Position numbers and translations under genes: made by a program. Source: Cyanobacteriota bacterium (GTDB lineage: Bacteria > Cyanobacteriota > Cyanobacteriia > Thermostichales > Thermostichaceae). Taken from it: DNA of 64,000 nucleotides. The stretch covers positions 32,001-96,000 of the forward strand of contig JANRIL010000040.1 in NCBI GenBank assembly GCA_033764955.1. Direction: 5' to 3'. Positions within the stretch are counted from its first letter, which is position 1. Each line of letters begins with the position of its first letter. The notes under the pieces are model-generated. The model searched no databases. It saw nothing but the letters and a program-made list of their open reading frames with translations, and was not told where the DNA came from. This document shows positions 10,698 through 20,641 of the stretch, in pieces.

Positions 10698-10955
10698 ATG
10701 TCCCTTCCCCCTCAGCCCCCCTCCTTTCCCCACCCTCAGGATGTCGCTAACCTGATTCTTTATCTGCAAACGGAATTGGCGCTGATCGAGCAAATTGGAG
10801 TGGAGGAATCCATTTCTCCAGCCCTGCAAGCACGGATTCGCCGTTGCCAGGAGGGTTTGCGGCAGGCCATCGATCAAATGCAGCTACGGGAGTGGTATCG
10901 GGAACTTACCGATGGTTTTCGGGATCAGTTGGGTCGTCTGGAGGAATGGCTGTAA
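10698..10955 (+). CDS. Small helical hypothetical protein
   Basis: 85-aa ATG ORF whose end overlaps the next gene start. Confidence 0.55.
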   Translation: MSLPPQPPSFPHPQDVANLILYLQTELALIEQIGVEESISPALQARIRRCQEGLRQAIDQMQLREWYRELTDGFRDQLGRLEEWL

Positions 10956-11593
10956 CCGTGCTGGAAGTGCAAGGCTTAACCTATCATCCGGCAGCGGCTC
11001 CCCAGCCGATTTTGCAGGATATTTCCTTTCAGTTGGGATCCCAGCAGTTAGGGCTGATCGTCGGGTCTAGCGGTGCTGGCAAAAGTACCCTCCTGGAACT
11101 GATGGCGGGGTTAGCTCGCCCCACCCAAGGCCAGATTGTTTGGCAACATACTCCCCTTAGCCCCAGTCGGCTACGGACGATGGCGGGTTTGGTCTTTCAG
11201 TTTCCTGAGCGACATTTTTGTGGACTCACCCTCTTAGAAGAACTGCGGTTTGGCCATCCCGAATTGCTGGAAAAAGATTTGCAGCGAGCCTTGACTCAGG
11301 TGGGATTGACAGGGATCCCCTTAGAGCGTTCCCCCAACCACTTGAGCGGTGGGCAGCAACGGCGCTTGGCACTGGCTGTACAACTGATTCGCAGCCCGTT
11401 TTTGTTGCTGTTAGACGAACCTACGGCGGGTCTGGATTGGTCAGTCCGACAACAGTTGATCGAGTTGCTGCTTCAACTTAAATCTGCCTGGTCAATCTTG
11501 GTGGTTAGCCATGATCCTGACGAATTGGGGGAAGTGGCTGACTGTCAGTGGCAAATGCGAGAAGGTCGGCTGTTTGCCAAATCTTCACCCTGA
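10946..11593 (+). CDS. ABC transporter ATP-binding protein (CbiO/ABCI-like)
   Basis: GSSGAGKST, VFQFPERHF, LSGGQQRR, LLDEP, VSHD. Confidence 0.9.
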   Translation: MAVTVLEVQGLTYHPAAAPQPILQDISFQLGSQQLGLIVGSSGAGKSTLLELMAGLARPTQGQIVWQHTPLSPSRLRTMAGLVFQFPERHFCGLTLLEELRFGHPELLEKDLQRALTQVGLTGIPLERSPNHLSGGQQRRLALAVQLIRSPFLLLLDEPTAGLDWSVRQQLIELLLQLKSAWSILVVSHDPDELGEVADCQWQMREGRLFAKSSP

Positions 11594-11697
11594 GATCACC
11601 CTACGAAAATTTTAGAAAATGTCATGATTTCCGGTCATGAATGCGGAGTGGAGTGAGTAAAATGTGGTAATTCTTTCTCGCAAGGCCAACTAAAACT

Positions 11698-12648
11698 GTG
11701 CCATCTTTGCTTTCGATGCCCTGCCCACCTTTGCTGCGATGGTCTTTGCTTCGGAATCCTCTGCCTACCTTGAGTGGGTTGCCTGCCCAGTCGATTGGGC
11801 GGCACTGGGTAAAAACGCTTTCTTCCCTCCTTGCTGGGGAGGCTAGCGGATCCCTTCTATCCCCTCAGTCTACCAGGCAACATCCTCCCTTGAGGGTCAA
11901 CCAACGACGGCTCCGTTTGTCTCCTCTGCTTTATCGCCTGGCTCTCCTGGGTCTCTTGGGAAGCTGGGTGGTTTTGATGGTTCATCATCCTGTGGCGGCG
12001 GAAGTGTTGGTTTTGAAACAGGGAGAAATTCGCCAACTGCCCATCTTACAAACCCGTGCCAGGGTGCCCATACAAGCCCTGGAAATGCTTTATTTGGGGA
12101 TGCTGGAGGATCGCTTTTTGGACTATGCCAACAACAATAACTGGCAGACGATCACCGCGACCCGCGACACCCAGGAGTGGACTCGCTGGCAGCTTCTGCC
12201 TGGTGGAGAGGCCATTTATCGCTCACCCCATGATGACCGTCCGATTTATGCGCGGGGTTTTTTAGTGCAAGCCTATTTTGAAAAAAGCCGCCTGATCGGG
12301 ATGCACTTAATCCGTAATCCTGATGAGCCTGGTTTTGATCTGCCGCAGTTGAAACAACTGATCCAAGCCTGGTTTCCAGATAATCGCATTTTGTTGCGCT
12401 ATCAGGCCCTACCGGATGATCCTAGTCAGCAGGTGATCACGGCCTATCTGGGTAACGTTCCCGCTGCTTTTATCTCTGATCTGGGGCGAACCCAAATCCC
12501 CTTTTGTCAAACCTTCCTCACCCCCAACACAACACTTCCCCTCCTGCCCCCTCTGCAACCGCAGACCCCGCAGTGTTTTTCCATTACGGGATCCGCTAGT
12601 CAGGCTCATTTGAATTCAACATTATTCTTGGTGAATAGCCGGCCCTGA
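11698..12648 (+). CDS. Hypothetical, probably exported protein
   Basis: Long ORF with hydrophobic segment followed by VAA|EV; start uncertain. Confidence 0.55.
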   Translation: MPSLLSMPCPPLLRWSLLRNPLPTLSGLPAQSIGRHWVKTLSSLLAGEASGSLLSPQSTRQHPPLRVNQRRLRLSPLLYRLALLGLLGSWVVLMVHHPVAAEVLVLKQGEIRQLPILQTRARVPIQALEMLYLGMLEDRFLDYANNNNWQTITATRDTQEWTRWQLLPGGEAIYRSPHDDRPIYARGFLVQAYFEKSRLIGMHLIRNPDEPGFDLPQLKQLIQAWFPDNRILLRYQALPDDPSQQVITAYLGNVPAAFISDLGRTQIPFCQTFLTPNTTLPLLPPLQPQTPQCFSITGSASQAHLNSTLFLVNSRP

Positions 12649-12753
12649 GGGCGTTGTAGTTGCTAGCTATTGAGGGTGGAACTTTTCAATCAGAGATTTT
12701 CAACAACCATAAAATTCCTATAAAAATTCTCATGCAGTGGCTCTGATATCCCT

Positions 12754-13275
12754 CTAAGGAGGAGGCGCTTGGGGAAACGTAGCGGAAGCCGGGATCCCCT
12801 CAGGAAAAGCCTTTTCACCGATTTTGGCTTGCATCGCCTGCCAATTGCTATCAAAGATGGACTGCTGCTCAGCGGTCAAAAGGGCACGCAACTGTTGACG
12901 GGATCCCTCCAAAATGGATCGAAGGGAGGCCAGTTGCTCAGGGGTGGGGTTCAGTTGCTCTATCACCGCTTGTAATCCGCCTGTTTTGGGAGATGTCTGT
13001 TGGCGCAGTTGATTCATTTGCATTTTTTGCTCTGGGGTAAGCAAGTTGGTCAACTGAGACCGAGTTTCCCGGCGAATCTGCTGGGCGGCAGTTTGTTGTT
13101 CGGGCGTTAGACTAATCCCTTGCAGCAGTGGCGAGGAACGCCGCGGAGGAAGGGTTTCTTGAACCGTGGATGGCATCTGCGACTGAGCAGCCACACTGGG
13201 TATCCAGCCAAAGAAGGAGGTGCAAGTCAGTGCGGCCAGCAGTGAGGATAGCCGCATCGATGAGGATAAAGACAT
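12754..13275 (-). CDS. Spy/CpxP-family periplasmic chaperone
   Basis: Signal peptide and repeated LTPEQ/LTAEQ motifs. Confidence 0.8.
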   Translation of the reverse strand: MSLSSSMRLSSLLAALTCTSFFGWIPSVAAQSQMPSTVQETLPPRRSSPLLQGISLTPEQQTAAQQIRRETRSQLTNLLTPEQKMQMNQLRQQTSPKTGGLQAVIEQLNPTPEQLASLRSILEGSRQQLRALLTAEQQSIFDSNWQAMQAKIGEKAFPEGIPASATFPQAPPP

Positions 13276-13308
13276 TTCCTTTTCACCTGTTTAGAAGGAC
13301 CCACTCAC

Positions 13309-13338
13309 TAAGACCCCTCTGGCAGACAAGAGGTTCAA
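13309..13338 (-). promoter_or_regulatory. Putative ECF sigma promoter TTGAACC-N16-GGTCTTA
   Basis: Same motif and spacing as at 57560-57589; lies 34 nt upstream of the Spy/CpxP ATG. Confidence 0.65.
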
Positions 13339-13365
13339 GGCCAGCGATCCATTTAGCCCACAAAC

Positions 13366-13445
13366 CACAGCCCTTCTCTTAGTTGTCAAGTATGGGTTGA
13401 CTCTCCTCTCCCGTTCTGGAAAAGGGGTTGGGGGTGAGGGCTGTG
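13366..13445. repeat. ~80-bp inverted-repeat-bounded element (MITE/SDR-like), copy 1
   Basis: Ends CACAGCCCT...AGGGCTGTG; aligns with 48782-48859. Confidence 0.7.
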
Positions 13446-13481
13446 TTTACCCATGCAGGGATAATGGGTAGTGGACAAATC

Positions 13482-14420
13482 CTATTGGTAGGCTTGGGCA
13501 ATGCCCAACTGCAAGAGATGGCTGTAACTGCCATTGCTGATGGCGACACCCTGGGGAGCAATCGATACCACCTGCCAATTCCCTTTAATCGGATAGCCCA
13601 CCGGAACCTGCCGAACTACGTTATCCACGAGGATCAAAGCCTTCGGCGCACCCGGATCCCCAATCAGCCCGACCAATTTCATTTGCGGCACGCTAGGGGG
13701 AGGGACTGTTTTGGATTGAGCACGAGGGGAGGAAAATTCTACCCAGCCTCCGGGGGGGGCTTGGGGCAAGCTAGCTACCACAGGGCTGCTAGCGATAGGA
13801 GCGGCGGGCATTGGCTTGGGCTTGCTGGCGGCAGGGGCTGCTTTGGGGGGGGATTGGGGTGGACGGGCGATCGGGGATCCCTGGGGAGGGGTGGAGGCAG
13901 CGGTTGGCGGGGATGGAGCATTTTGCAGGGGTCCGGCAGAAGGGGCATTCTCCTGGGTAGTGACTTTTTCCTGCTCAGGGGAAGGGGTGGCTCCACTGTC
14001 CAAATGGGGCTGATCATCCAAGGGATCCCCAAGCTGGGTGGAGAAAGTCAGCGTAGGCAAGGGGAGGGGAACCTGGGCGGAGGAAGTGGAGGGGGCTTGG
14101 CCACTCATCCAGAGGGCGATGCCTGCGATCACCATAGAGGCCGTGGCTCCCCCCACCAACCAGCCCATAATCGGGGAAGATTGGCGACGCAACGGGGGAC
14201 GGGATCCCAGGTAGGGATAGTCGTAGAAATCATCGGCGGACTGAGTGTTGAGGGTGGCCTCCAGATCTTCAAATAGCCCATTTAACATTTGATCGGCCAA
14301 AGCAGCAGAATCTTTGGGCAAAGGGGAGGGACGAGTGGGAGGAGAAGCAGAGGTTGGGGTTGCTTCTGAGTGTCCCTTTTTGAGTGCGGGTGGGATCCCG
14401 GCTGATGTAAATTCCGACAC
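13482..14420 (-). CDS. Pro-rich membrane-anchored protein with C-terminal GspC/PilP-like beta domain
   Basis: One TM, long Pro linker, KLVGLIG...ALILVDN...VPVG...WQVVSI. Confidence 0.6.
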   Translation of the reverse strand: MSEFTSAGIPPALKKGHSEATPTSASPPTRPSPLPKDSAALADQMLNGLFEDLEATLNTQSADDFYDYPYLGSRPPLRRQSSPIMGWLVGGATASMVIAGIALWMSGQAPSTSSAQVPLPLPTLTFSTQLGDPLDDQPHLDSGATPSPEQEKVTTQENAPSAGPLQNAPSPPTAASTPPQGSPIARPPQSPPKAAPAASKPKPMPAAPIASSPVVASLPQAPPGGWVEFSSPRAQSKTVPPPSVPQMKLVGLIGDPGAPKALILVDNVVRQVPVGYPIKGNWQVVSIAPQGVAISNGSYSHLLQLGIAQAYQ

Positions 14421-14524
14421 AAAACCCTCCTGAAATAAGCCAAGCTCGGCCAGCAGGAGGGGAATGATCTGTGAGATTAGGATCCCGATTGGTCTAGTCT
14501 ATCTGGCAAGCTAGCCCCAGGAGC

Positions 14525-15451
14525 TTAAAGCCGCCGCAGTTGAGGATATTCTGTCAACAACTGCTCGGAAGTGAGGCTGTCTCCTTCCATCTGAGGAGTC
14601 CAAAGCACTTCTACCGCTACTAGACGGTCGGCGGAGGTGGATCCCACCTGCATCAGACAACGCCGCAACGCTGCTGCCGAATCAACTACTGGTAGTGTAC
14701 CCGAACCAGCTTGATGCGCCACGAGTAGCGTAACTACCAGATACTCCCCCACATCCGCCAGGGCTAAGTCGTCCGACTTTGCCAGATTCGTCGGGGATCC
14801 CTGGGTCAACTGGGCTGAGACATTGGAGAGGGTTTCCTGGCTAAACTTGCTGCGCTCTAGCATGGACTGCTGATAAAAGAAAGACTCCGCCTGAGAGAGA
14901 TTGAGGCTACGGCTATCCGCCTGCCCATACACCCAGTAGTCGTCGTGGCGGGTCAAGCTGAGGGAAACATCCTGCAAGAGACGGCTTAACCCCTCTGGAG
15001 TTGTCGTGTCGGCTTCTAGAGCCAAGCGATCGATCTCTTTTTGCAGTTGGCGGGCACTGGCCAACAACCCGACCTTGATTTCACTAACCTGCACCTGCGG
15101 ATTGGGGGATCCCTCCTCGCTATTGAGAGCGCCACCCTGCCAATTGCGGAATAGGAAGCTACCCACCCCCAAGAGCAAAAACAGAGTGAGCAAGCCCCCA
15201 CCCCCGCCCCCCCAGAAAAAGGGCATCAACAAAGGAAAACCAAAGCCCCCCCCGCCATAAACGGGAGCCGGCCCCGAGCGGGGCGAAACGGTGCGGGGAG
15301 CAGAGTAACGGGGTGCTCGGAAGGAACCTCCACCCATCCGTCCACCACTGCGCGCCCATCCATCATGGGCAGGCCAAAAGCTCAGCCCGATAACTAACAC
15401 CAAGGCCAACAAGCCTTTTGTCCAGCGAGATTGCCAGATTTTTTTCAACAT
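14525..15451 (-). CDS. DUF1517 (FLAP1-like) protein
   Basis: ARSGGRMGGGSFR, VGLLASARQLQ, ERSKFSQETLSN, VEVLWTPQ. Confidence 0.9.
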   Translation of the reverse strand: MLKKIWQSRWTKGLLALVLVIGLSFWPAHDGWARSGGRMGGGSFRAPRYSAPRTVSPRSGPAPVYGGGGFGFPLLMPFFWGGGGGGLLTLFLLLGVGSFLFRNWQGGALNSEEGSPNPQVQVSEIKVGLLASARQLQKEIDRLALEADTTTPEGLSRLLQDVSLSLTRHDDYWVYGQADSRSLNLSQAESFFYQQSMLERSKFSQETLSNVSAQLTQGSPTNLAKSDDLALADVGEYLVVTLLVAHQAGSGTLPVVDSAAALRRCLMQVGSTSADRLVAVEVLWTPQMEGDSLTSEQLLTEYPQLRRL

Positions 15452-15510
15452 AGCTAAACCCTCATCCAAATCTGGGCTGTATTGTCCACTATTCTTATTC
15501 TAGAACTTGT

Positions 15511-15528
15511 TTTGTAAAGTAATGTAAC
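15511..15528 (-). promoter_or_regulatory. HLR1 (RpaB-binding) motif
   Basis: Minus strand GTTACATT-AC-TTTACAAA, a perfect KTTACAWW-N2-KTTACAWW; TAGAAT -10-like box at 15502-15497. Confidence 0.7.
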
Positions 15529-15658
15529 CGAGCCTGACGGGTTTGCCGGGAGGGGGGAAGAGCATGTTAACTTTTGTGGGGTATTGGGGAGGGGATCCGC
15601 CTAGCGGTCGGGTAGCCCCTTCTCCTCTTGATCGGTTCGGTCATCTGTGAGGTTGTGC

Positions 15659-16525
15659 ATGTCCCTTTCTCCCTATTCACAGGCTGCGCTGGAGCCCCAG
15701 AGGGGTAGTCGGCCTGATATTCGACTGGTGATGGTGGATATCGATGGCACAATTACCGGAGCCGCCAACACAGTTTCTCCGCGAGTTCGGCAGGCGTTGC
15801 GGCAGGCCAAGCAGCAGGGGGTTTATGTCGGAATCGCCACGGGTCGCATGTACCGTTCCGCCCTGCGCTTTCATCATGAGATTGCGGCGAATATGCCGAT
15901 CTGTGCCTATCAGGGGGCGATGATCAAAGATCCCGCCACCGACAAAATGTATAAGCACTGGTCCCTCAATCTGGAGGTTGCCCAGCAATTGTTGGCCGCT
16001 TTGGATACCTATCCTCTAATTGCCCACATTTACGTGGATGACCAGCTTTATGTGCGGGACTGGAACCCTCTCAGTTTGGGTTACGCGGAGCGTTCTCAGG
16101 TGCCCATCCACCTTCTTTCCGACTTGGGATCCGAACTCACCCTCGAACCCACCAAGGTTTTGGCGATGACCGAAGATACCGATTTGATCCTGGAGTTATT
16201 GGGATCCCTGCGCCAACAGTTCCCAGCGGATTTGATGTATTTGACCCGCTCGGTTCCGACTTTTCTAGAGGCCACTCATCCTCAGGTCAACAAAGGAAAT
16301 GCGGTGAAATATCTGGCGGAGGAGGTGTTGGGTTTGCGCCCCGAACAGGTGATGACCATCGGAGACAGCGACAACGATGTGGAAATGCTGGCTTATGCTG
16401 GCCTTGGGGTGGCTATGGGCAATGCGTCCGCCGAGGTGCAAGCTTATGCCGATTGGGTAGCTCCTTCCGTGGATGAGGATGGGGTAGCTGTCGCCCTAGA
16501 AACCTTTGTCCTTAAGGAAAAATAG
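15659..16525 (+). CDS. Cof-type HAD-IIB hydrolase
   Basis: DIDGT, ATGR, NKG, GDSDNDVEM, AMGNA. Confidence 0.92.
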   Translation: MSLSPYSQAALEPQRGSRPDIRLVMVDIDGTITGAANTVSPRVRQALRQAKQQGVYVGIATGRMYRSALRFHHEIAANMPICAYQGAMIKDPATDKMYKHWSLNLEVAQQLLAALDTYPLIAHIYVDDQLYVRDWNPLSLGYAERSQVPIHLLSDLGSELTLEPTKVLAMTEDTDLILELLGSLRQQFPADLMYLTRSVPTFLEATHPQVNKGNAVKYLAEEVLGLRPEQVMTIGDSDNDVEMLAYAGLGVAMGNASAEVQAYADWVAPSVDEDGVAVALETFVLKEK

Positions 16526-16617
16526 GGCCTACTAACCCATGATCTCAGAACGGCCTTTGCCGATCGCAAGCACCCTCAACAACTGGTTAGAGTGAGATCG
16601 AGCAACCCTATCCTGCT

Positions 16618-17343
16618 ATGGCAAAGTCACAACCCCTGACGGCTCCCCTTGCTGATTTTAAGGTGGGAGTGGATACCGTAATTTTTTCCGTAGATAGCCA
16701 GCAAAACCGCCTTTTGGTCTTGTTGGTGAGACGGCGGGAGGATCCATTTCGTGGACAATGGTCATTGCCCGGAACCCTAGTCCGGCAGGGAGAATCCCTG
16801 GAGGGGGCAGCCTATCGCATCTTGGGGGAAAAAATTCGGGTTGAAAACCTCTACCTAGAACAGCTTTATACCTTTGGTGGTCCCCATCGGGATCCCCGCG
16901 AAAGTCCAGATTCCTATGGAGTGCGCTATCTATCCGTCAGCTATTTTGCCCTGGTGCGCTTTCAGGATGCTCAGTTGTTGCCCAGCGAAGTGGAAGGGAT
17001 CGCTTGGTATCCGGTCTCCCAGGTTCCCACCTTGGCCTTTGACCACCTAAAAATCTGTGAATATGCCCATCAGCGACTCTGCAACAAACTGCAATACAGC
17101 CCGATTGCCTTTGATATTTTGCCTGCGACGTTTTCCTTAGGCGAGGTTTATCAGCTCTATGGCACGGTGTTGGGGGAAGGGTTTTCCGACTACTCCAACT
17201 TTCGGGCACGCCTCCTCAAGCTAGGCATTCTCCGCGACACCGGCCAAAAAACTCAACAGGGGGCAGGTCGTCCCGCCTCTCTCTATTATTTTGATGCGGC
17301 GGCCTTTGAGTCAATCAAGCACAAGCCGATGATTTTTGTCTGA
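16618..17343 (+). CDS. nrtR: NrtR-family NUDIX-wHTH transcriptional regulator
   Basis: WSLPG, YLEQLYTFG...RDPR, LAFDH, NFR, GRPASLY. Confidence 0.85.
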   Translation: MAKSQPLTAPLADFKVGVDTVIFSVDSQQNRLLVLLVRRREDPFRGQWSLPGTLVRQGESLEGAAYRILGEKIRVENLYLEQLYTFGGPHRDPRESPDSYGVRYLSVSYFALVRFQDAQLLPSEVEGIAWYPVSQVPTLAFDHLKICEYAHQRLCNKLQYSPIAFDILPATFSLGEVYQLYGTVLGEGFSDYSNFRARLLKLGILRDTGQKTQQGAGRPASLYYFDAAAFESIKHKPMIFV

Positions 17344-17726
17344 AGGTTATGCTTCGCCAATGGAGCTATCTATCTTTCGATTGGATGGCGGTTTGATCTC
17401 TACTATTTGATCTCTACTAATAGTGTGAGGGTTTTGACTCAACTCTGCCTATAGTATAAGCATGAGAGATAAACCGATTGCGGGACAGTATAATGTAGTT
17501 GACCGGGATCCCCTCGACAGAGCCATGAAGCATGTTTTACCTTGGCTTCAGGGAATTTTGATGAAGGGGCAGGCATTCTACAATGGACAGGCTGTGGAAT
17601 GACAGGCTGAGGCAAGCCAAGGTTAACCTAGACTGGTCTTCACATCAAAATCTGTGCCTTCCAGATGAGCACAAGCCCATAGAAGCAAATGTAATCTTTA
17701 GAATCGGCAATGAGCCAGGAGTTGGG

Positions 17727-18602
17727 ATGAAAGGGGGTATGAAAGGGATAGCATGGCGTGGTCAACGGCATCTTTGGGGATCCGCGATCCTATCCGGGAT
17801 CCTGCTTGGATTGACCTTAAGTGGGTCAGTTATGGCTCCAACGTTGGCACAGACGGCGGCTCCTGCTCAACCTGCGCCGGAAGCTCCACCTTCTGGCCCG
17901 ATGAGTCGGCAAGAAGTGGCGGAACGCCTTGACATCATTCCAGTTTTTGCCATCGTTGGCAAAGATGGCACCCCCGTCTTGGCGAATGTGGATCAAGAGG
18001 GTAAGTCCATTCAGGTAGCTAATTTTTGGCTGGATCAAACCCAAGCCAATGCCACCATCAAACAAATTCAGGCGACTAACCCGGATATCGGTTCCCAAGC
18101 CCAAGTGGTGCCCCTCTCCCTTGGCTATGCCTATACCGTTTCAGAAGAACAAAAGGCCAAAAGCAACGAGGTGGTGTTTCAGGTGATCCCCCGCGACTCT
18201 GACCTACAATCTGCCCTGCAAATTGCTAAGCAATCGGGAGAAGCCAACCTCGAAAGATTCCCAGGGATCCCTTTATTTTATGGGGTGTCTGAACAGGGAT
18301 TGTTAACCATAGAAAAGGATGGCGTTGAGGTTGTCCCCTTCTTTTTCACCCAAGAAGATCTGAGCAATACCTTGCAACGGGCCGGTGCCGAAAACCCTGC
18401 TGTACTGCAACAAACCAAAATCGAGGTGACCACCCTCGAGCAGGTGGTGAACTCCATGCTAGAGCCAAACGCTCAATCTGATATCTACAAAATTGCCTTT
18501 GTCCCCTCCAAGTCGGCACTTCAATACATCCAATCCCTCAGCACTCAGCAGCAGCCGGCTCCCCCTGCCCAACCGGCTCCCCCTGCCCAACCGGCTCCCT
18601 AA
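17727..18602 (+). CDS. tic22: Tic22-family protein
   Basis: Signal peptide, RLDIIPVFAI, FPGIPLFY, PFFFTQEDL, IEVTTLE. Confidence 0.85.
   Translation: MKGGMKGIAWRGQRHLWGSAILSGILLGLTLSGSVMAPTLAQTAAPAQPAPEAPPSGPMSRQEVAERLDIIPVFAIVGKDGTPVLANVDQEGKSIQVANFWLDQTQANATIKQIQATNPDIGSQAQVVPLSLGYAYTVSEEQKAKSNEVVFQVIPRDSDLQSALQIAKQSGEANLERFPGIPLFYGVSEQGLLTIEKDGVEVVPFFFTQEDLSNTLQRAGAENPAVLQQTKIEVTTLEQVVNSMLEPNAQSDIYKIAFVPSKSALQYIQSLSTQQQPAPPAQPAPPAQPAP
18555..18599 (+). repeat. 18-bp tandem repeat encoding PAPPAQ
   Basis: CCGGCTCCCCCTGCCCAA x2.5 at the Tic22 C-terminus. Confidence 0.9.
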
Positions 18603-18615
18603 GCAGGGCGGTTGT

Positions 18616-19539
18616 ATGTCCTGTCTAGACGTATCGACCCAACTGACTAATTGGCGGCAGGAAGCGTTGGCGAACGCCCTTCACCACGGCATCCCTGAAG
18701 AAGAGGTCGATATCCTACTGGAGCAGGGTTTAGGCTGGAGCAAGCTGGATCGTTCTCTAGGGCGACCTCCCTTTGGCTGGGATCCCTACCTCTGGCAAAG
18801 GATCCAAGCTATGTGGCAGCGCCGCCTTGAGCAGCGGATCCCCCTCCACTACCTGTTGGGCTATGTGGATTGGCGAGATTTGCGCCTGCGGGTCACGCCG
18901 GATGTTTTGATCCCCCGCCCCGAAACCGAGTTATTGGTGGATCGGGTGTTGGATTGGCTAGAAACCCATCCCTCGGCAAAGCATCAGCCCTGGATTGACC
19001 TGGGAACAGGCAGTGGAGCCTTGGCGCTGGCGTTAGCTCAGGCTGGACTGACGGTGATCGCGGTCGATATCAGTCCGGCGGCTCTGCGGATCGCTGAGCA
19101 GAATGGCCAAAGCTTGGGTCTGGATAGCCGTGTCACCTTTCTGGCGGGGTCATGGTTTGAACCTTTGCATCCTTGGCGGGGTGAGATAGGCGGTATGGTG
19201 GCAAATCCCCCCTACATTCCCTCCCTCCTCTTGCCCGACCTCCAACCGGAAGTCTTTAGGCACGAACCCCATTTAGCCCTGGATGGGGGAACCACGGGCT
19301 TGAACGCCCTAACGCATTTGATAGCAATAGCTCCCAAGTACCTTGCCCCCGCTGCTTTCTGGGGGGTAGAGGTGATGGCTGGACAGGCGGCATGGGTGGC
19401 CGCGCAACTCCTCCAGAACCCCTTCTATGCAGACATTCAAATTGCCAACGATCTAGCCGGGATCCCCCGCTTTGTCACTGCCCAAATCGCCACCCCACCG
19501 TTCTCAACCCTAAAGGAGCCAGATAATCCCAGTGGCTAG
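18616..19539 (+). CDS. prmC: Release factor glutamine methyltransferase
   Basis: [30 protein letters not shown]. Confidence 0.95.
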   Translation: MSCLDVSTQLTNWRQEALANALHHGIPEEEVDILLEQGLGWSKLDRSLGRPPFGWDPYLWQRIQAMWQRRLEQRIPLHYLLGYVDWRDLRLRVTPDVLIPRPETELLVDRVLDWLETHPSAKHQPWIDLGTGSGALALALAQAGLTVIAVDISPAALRIAEQNGQSLGLDSRVTFLAGSWFEPLHPWRGEIGGMVANPPYIPSLLLPDLQPEVFRHEPHLALDGGTTGLNALTHLIAIAPKYLAPAAFWGVEVMAGQAAWVAAQLLQNPFYADIQIANDLAGIPRFVTAQIATPPFSTLKEPDNPSG

Positions 19540-20249
19540 GGGGAAACGGTAACGGGCAGCTCTAGGCAATATCCTGCACCATAAACTGTTTTGATGTATT
19601 GGGGATGACGGGGATCCGGTTCCAGTTTGGTGCGGAGATGGCGGATATGCACACGGATGGTTTCAATATCATCATCCGGTTCATAGCCCCAGACTTCCTG
19701 CAAAATTTCGCTGGGAGATACCGTTTGACCATGCCGTTGCATCAAGCAGTGCAAAAGATCAAACTCCAGGTGAGTCAGCTTGATCGTCTCACTAAACCAA
19801 ACCGCCTCAAACCGTTCGGGCACCAGCGTCAATGGCCCATAGTTAAGGATCTCGCTGTGTTTGGCGGTCTGAGGAATCCGATCCGAGCGGCGCAACAAAG
19901 CTCTCACCCGTACCAACAACTCCTGCACTTCAAAAGGTTTGGTCAGGTAGTCGTCCGCTCCGGCATTAAACCCTTCCACTTTGTCTTGGGTTTGCCCCAA
20001 TGCCGTCAACATCAAGATGGGAATATCCGTTGTGCGCTCTTCTCGCCGCAACCGCTGACAGATGGTTAATCCGTCTACCTGAGGCAGCATCAAGTCCAAA
20101 ATGATTAAATCGGGCAAGACCTGCAAAGCCATCGCTTGCCCTTTGACTCCATCAGAAGCCCTCACCACCTCATAGCCTGCTAATTCCAGGTTGATACGGA
20201 GGAGATCAAGGATGGATGGATCATCTTCAATGACGAGTATACGAGCCAT
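19536..20249 (-). CDS. rpaA: OmpR-family response regulator RpaA
   Basis: [20 protein letters not shown] and [25 protein letters not shown] signatures. Confidence 0.93.
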   Translation of the reverse strand: MARILVIEDDPSILDLLRINLELAGYEVVRASDGVKGQAMALQVLPDLIILDLMLPQVDGLTICQRLRREERTTDIPILMLTALGQTQDKVEGFNAGADDYLTKPFEVQELLVRVRALLRRSDRIPQTAKHSEILNYGPLTLVPERFEAVWFSETIKLTHLEFDLLHCLMQRHGQTVSPSEILQEVWGYEPDDDIETIRVHIRHLRTKLEPDPRHPQYIKTVYGAGYCLELPVTVSP

Positions 20250-20641
20250 ATTGCCTAATGAGCGCAAAAACCGCATTCAGAGGCGGGGTTGCTAAGAAAT
20301 ACGAAAGACCCAATAACTTTATCGACTAAAGTTTATCTAATTTTACCCTCTATTCCACCCGATCGATGTTAAATCCCGTGCTCTTGCCGAGAGATGCCCA
20401 CTAGCATGCTGTTCTGACTACCTTGTCTGAATAGCATCTGAATAGCAGAGGGGAAGGCAGCAGGATCCCCCAGCTCAACACCATCCGAGGGATCCCGTAT
20501 GAGTAGGGGAAAACCAGGCTTATCTCACCATCAAGGTTTAATTGGATTCAAACTATACATTCAGCGATTTAGCGGATTTCAATATTGCCGGGATCCCTTA
20601 TCTTGAGGGAAAAGCAGCAGCAAGCCCCAAGGCTCCCTGGT

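Noticed and set aside
13428..14276. 282-aa Gly/Arg-rich plus-strand ORF
   Set aside because: Antisense shadow of the Pro-rich minus-strand gene
17393..17420. Short tandem duplication TTTGATCTCTACTA
   Set aside because: Two copies only; consistent with replication slippage, no functional evidence
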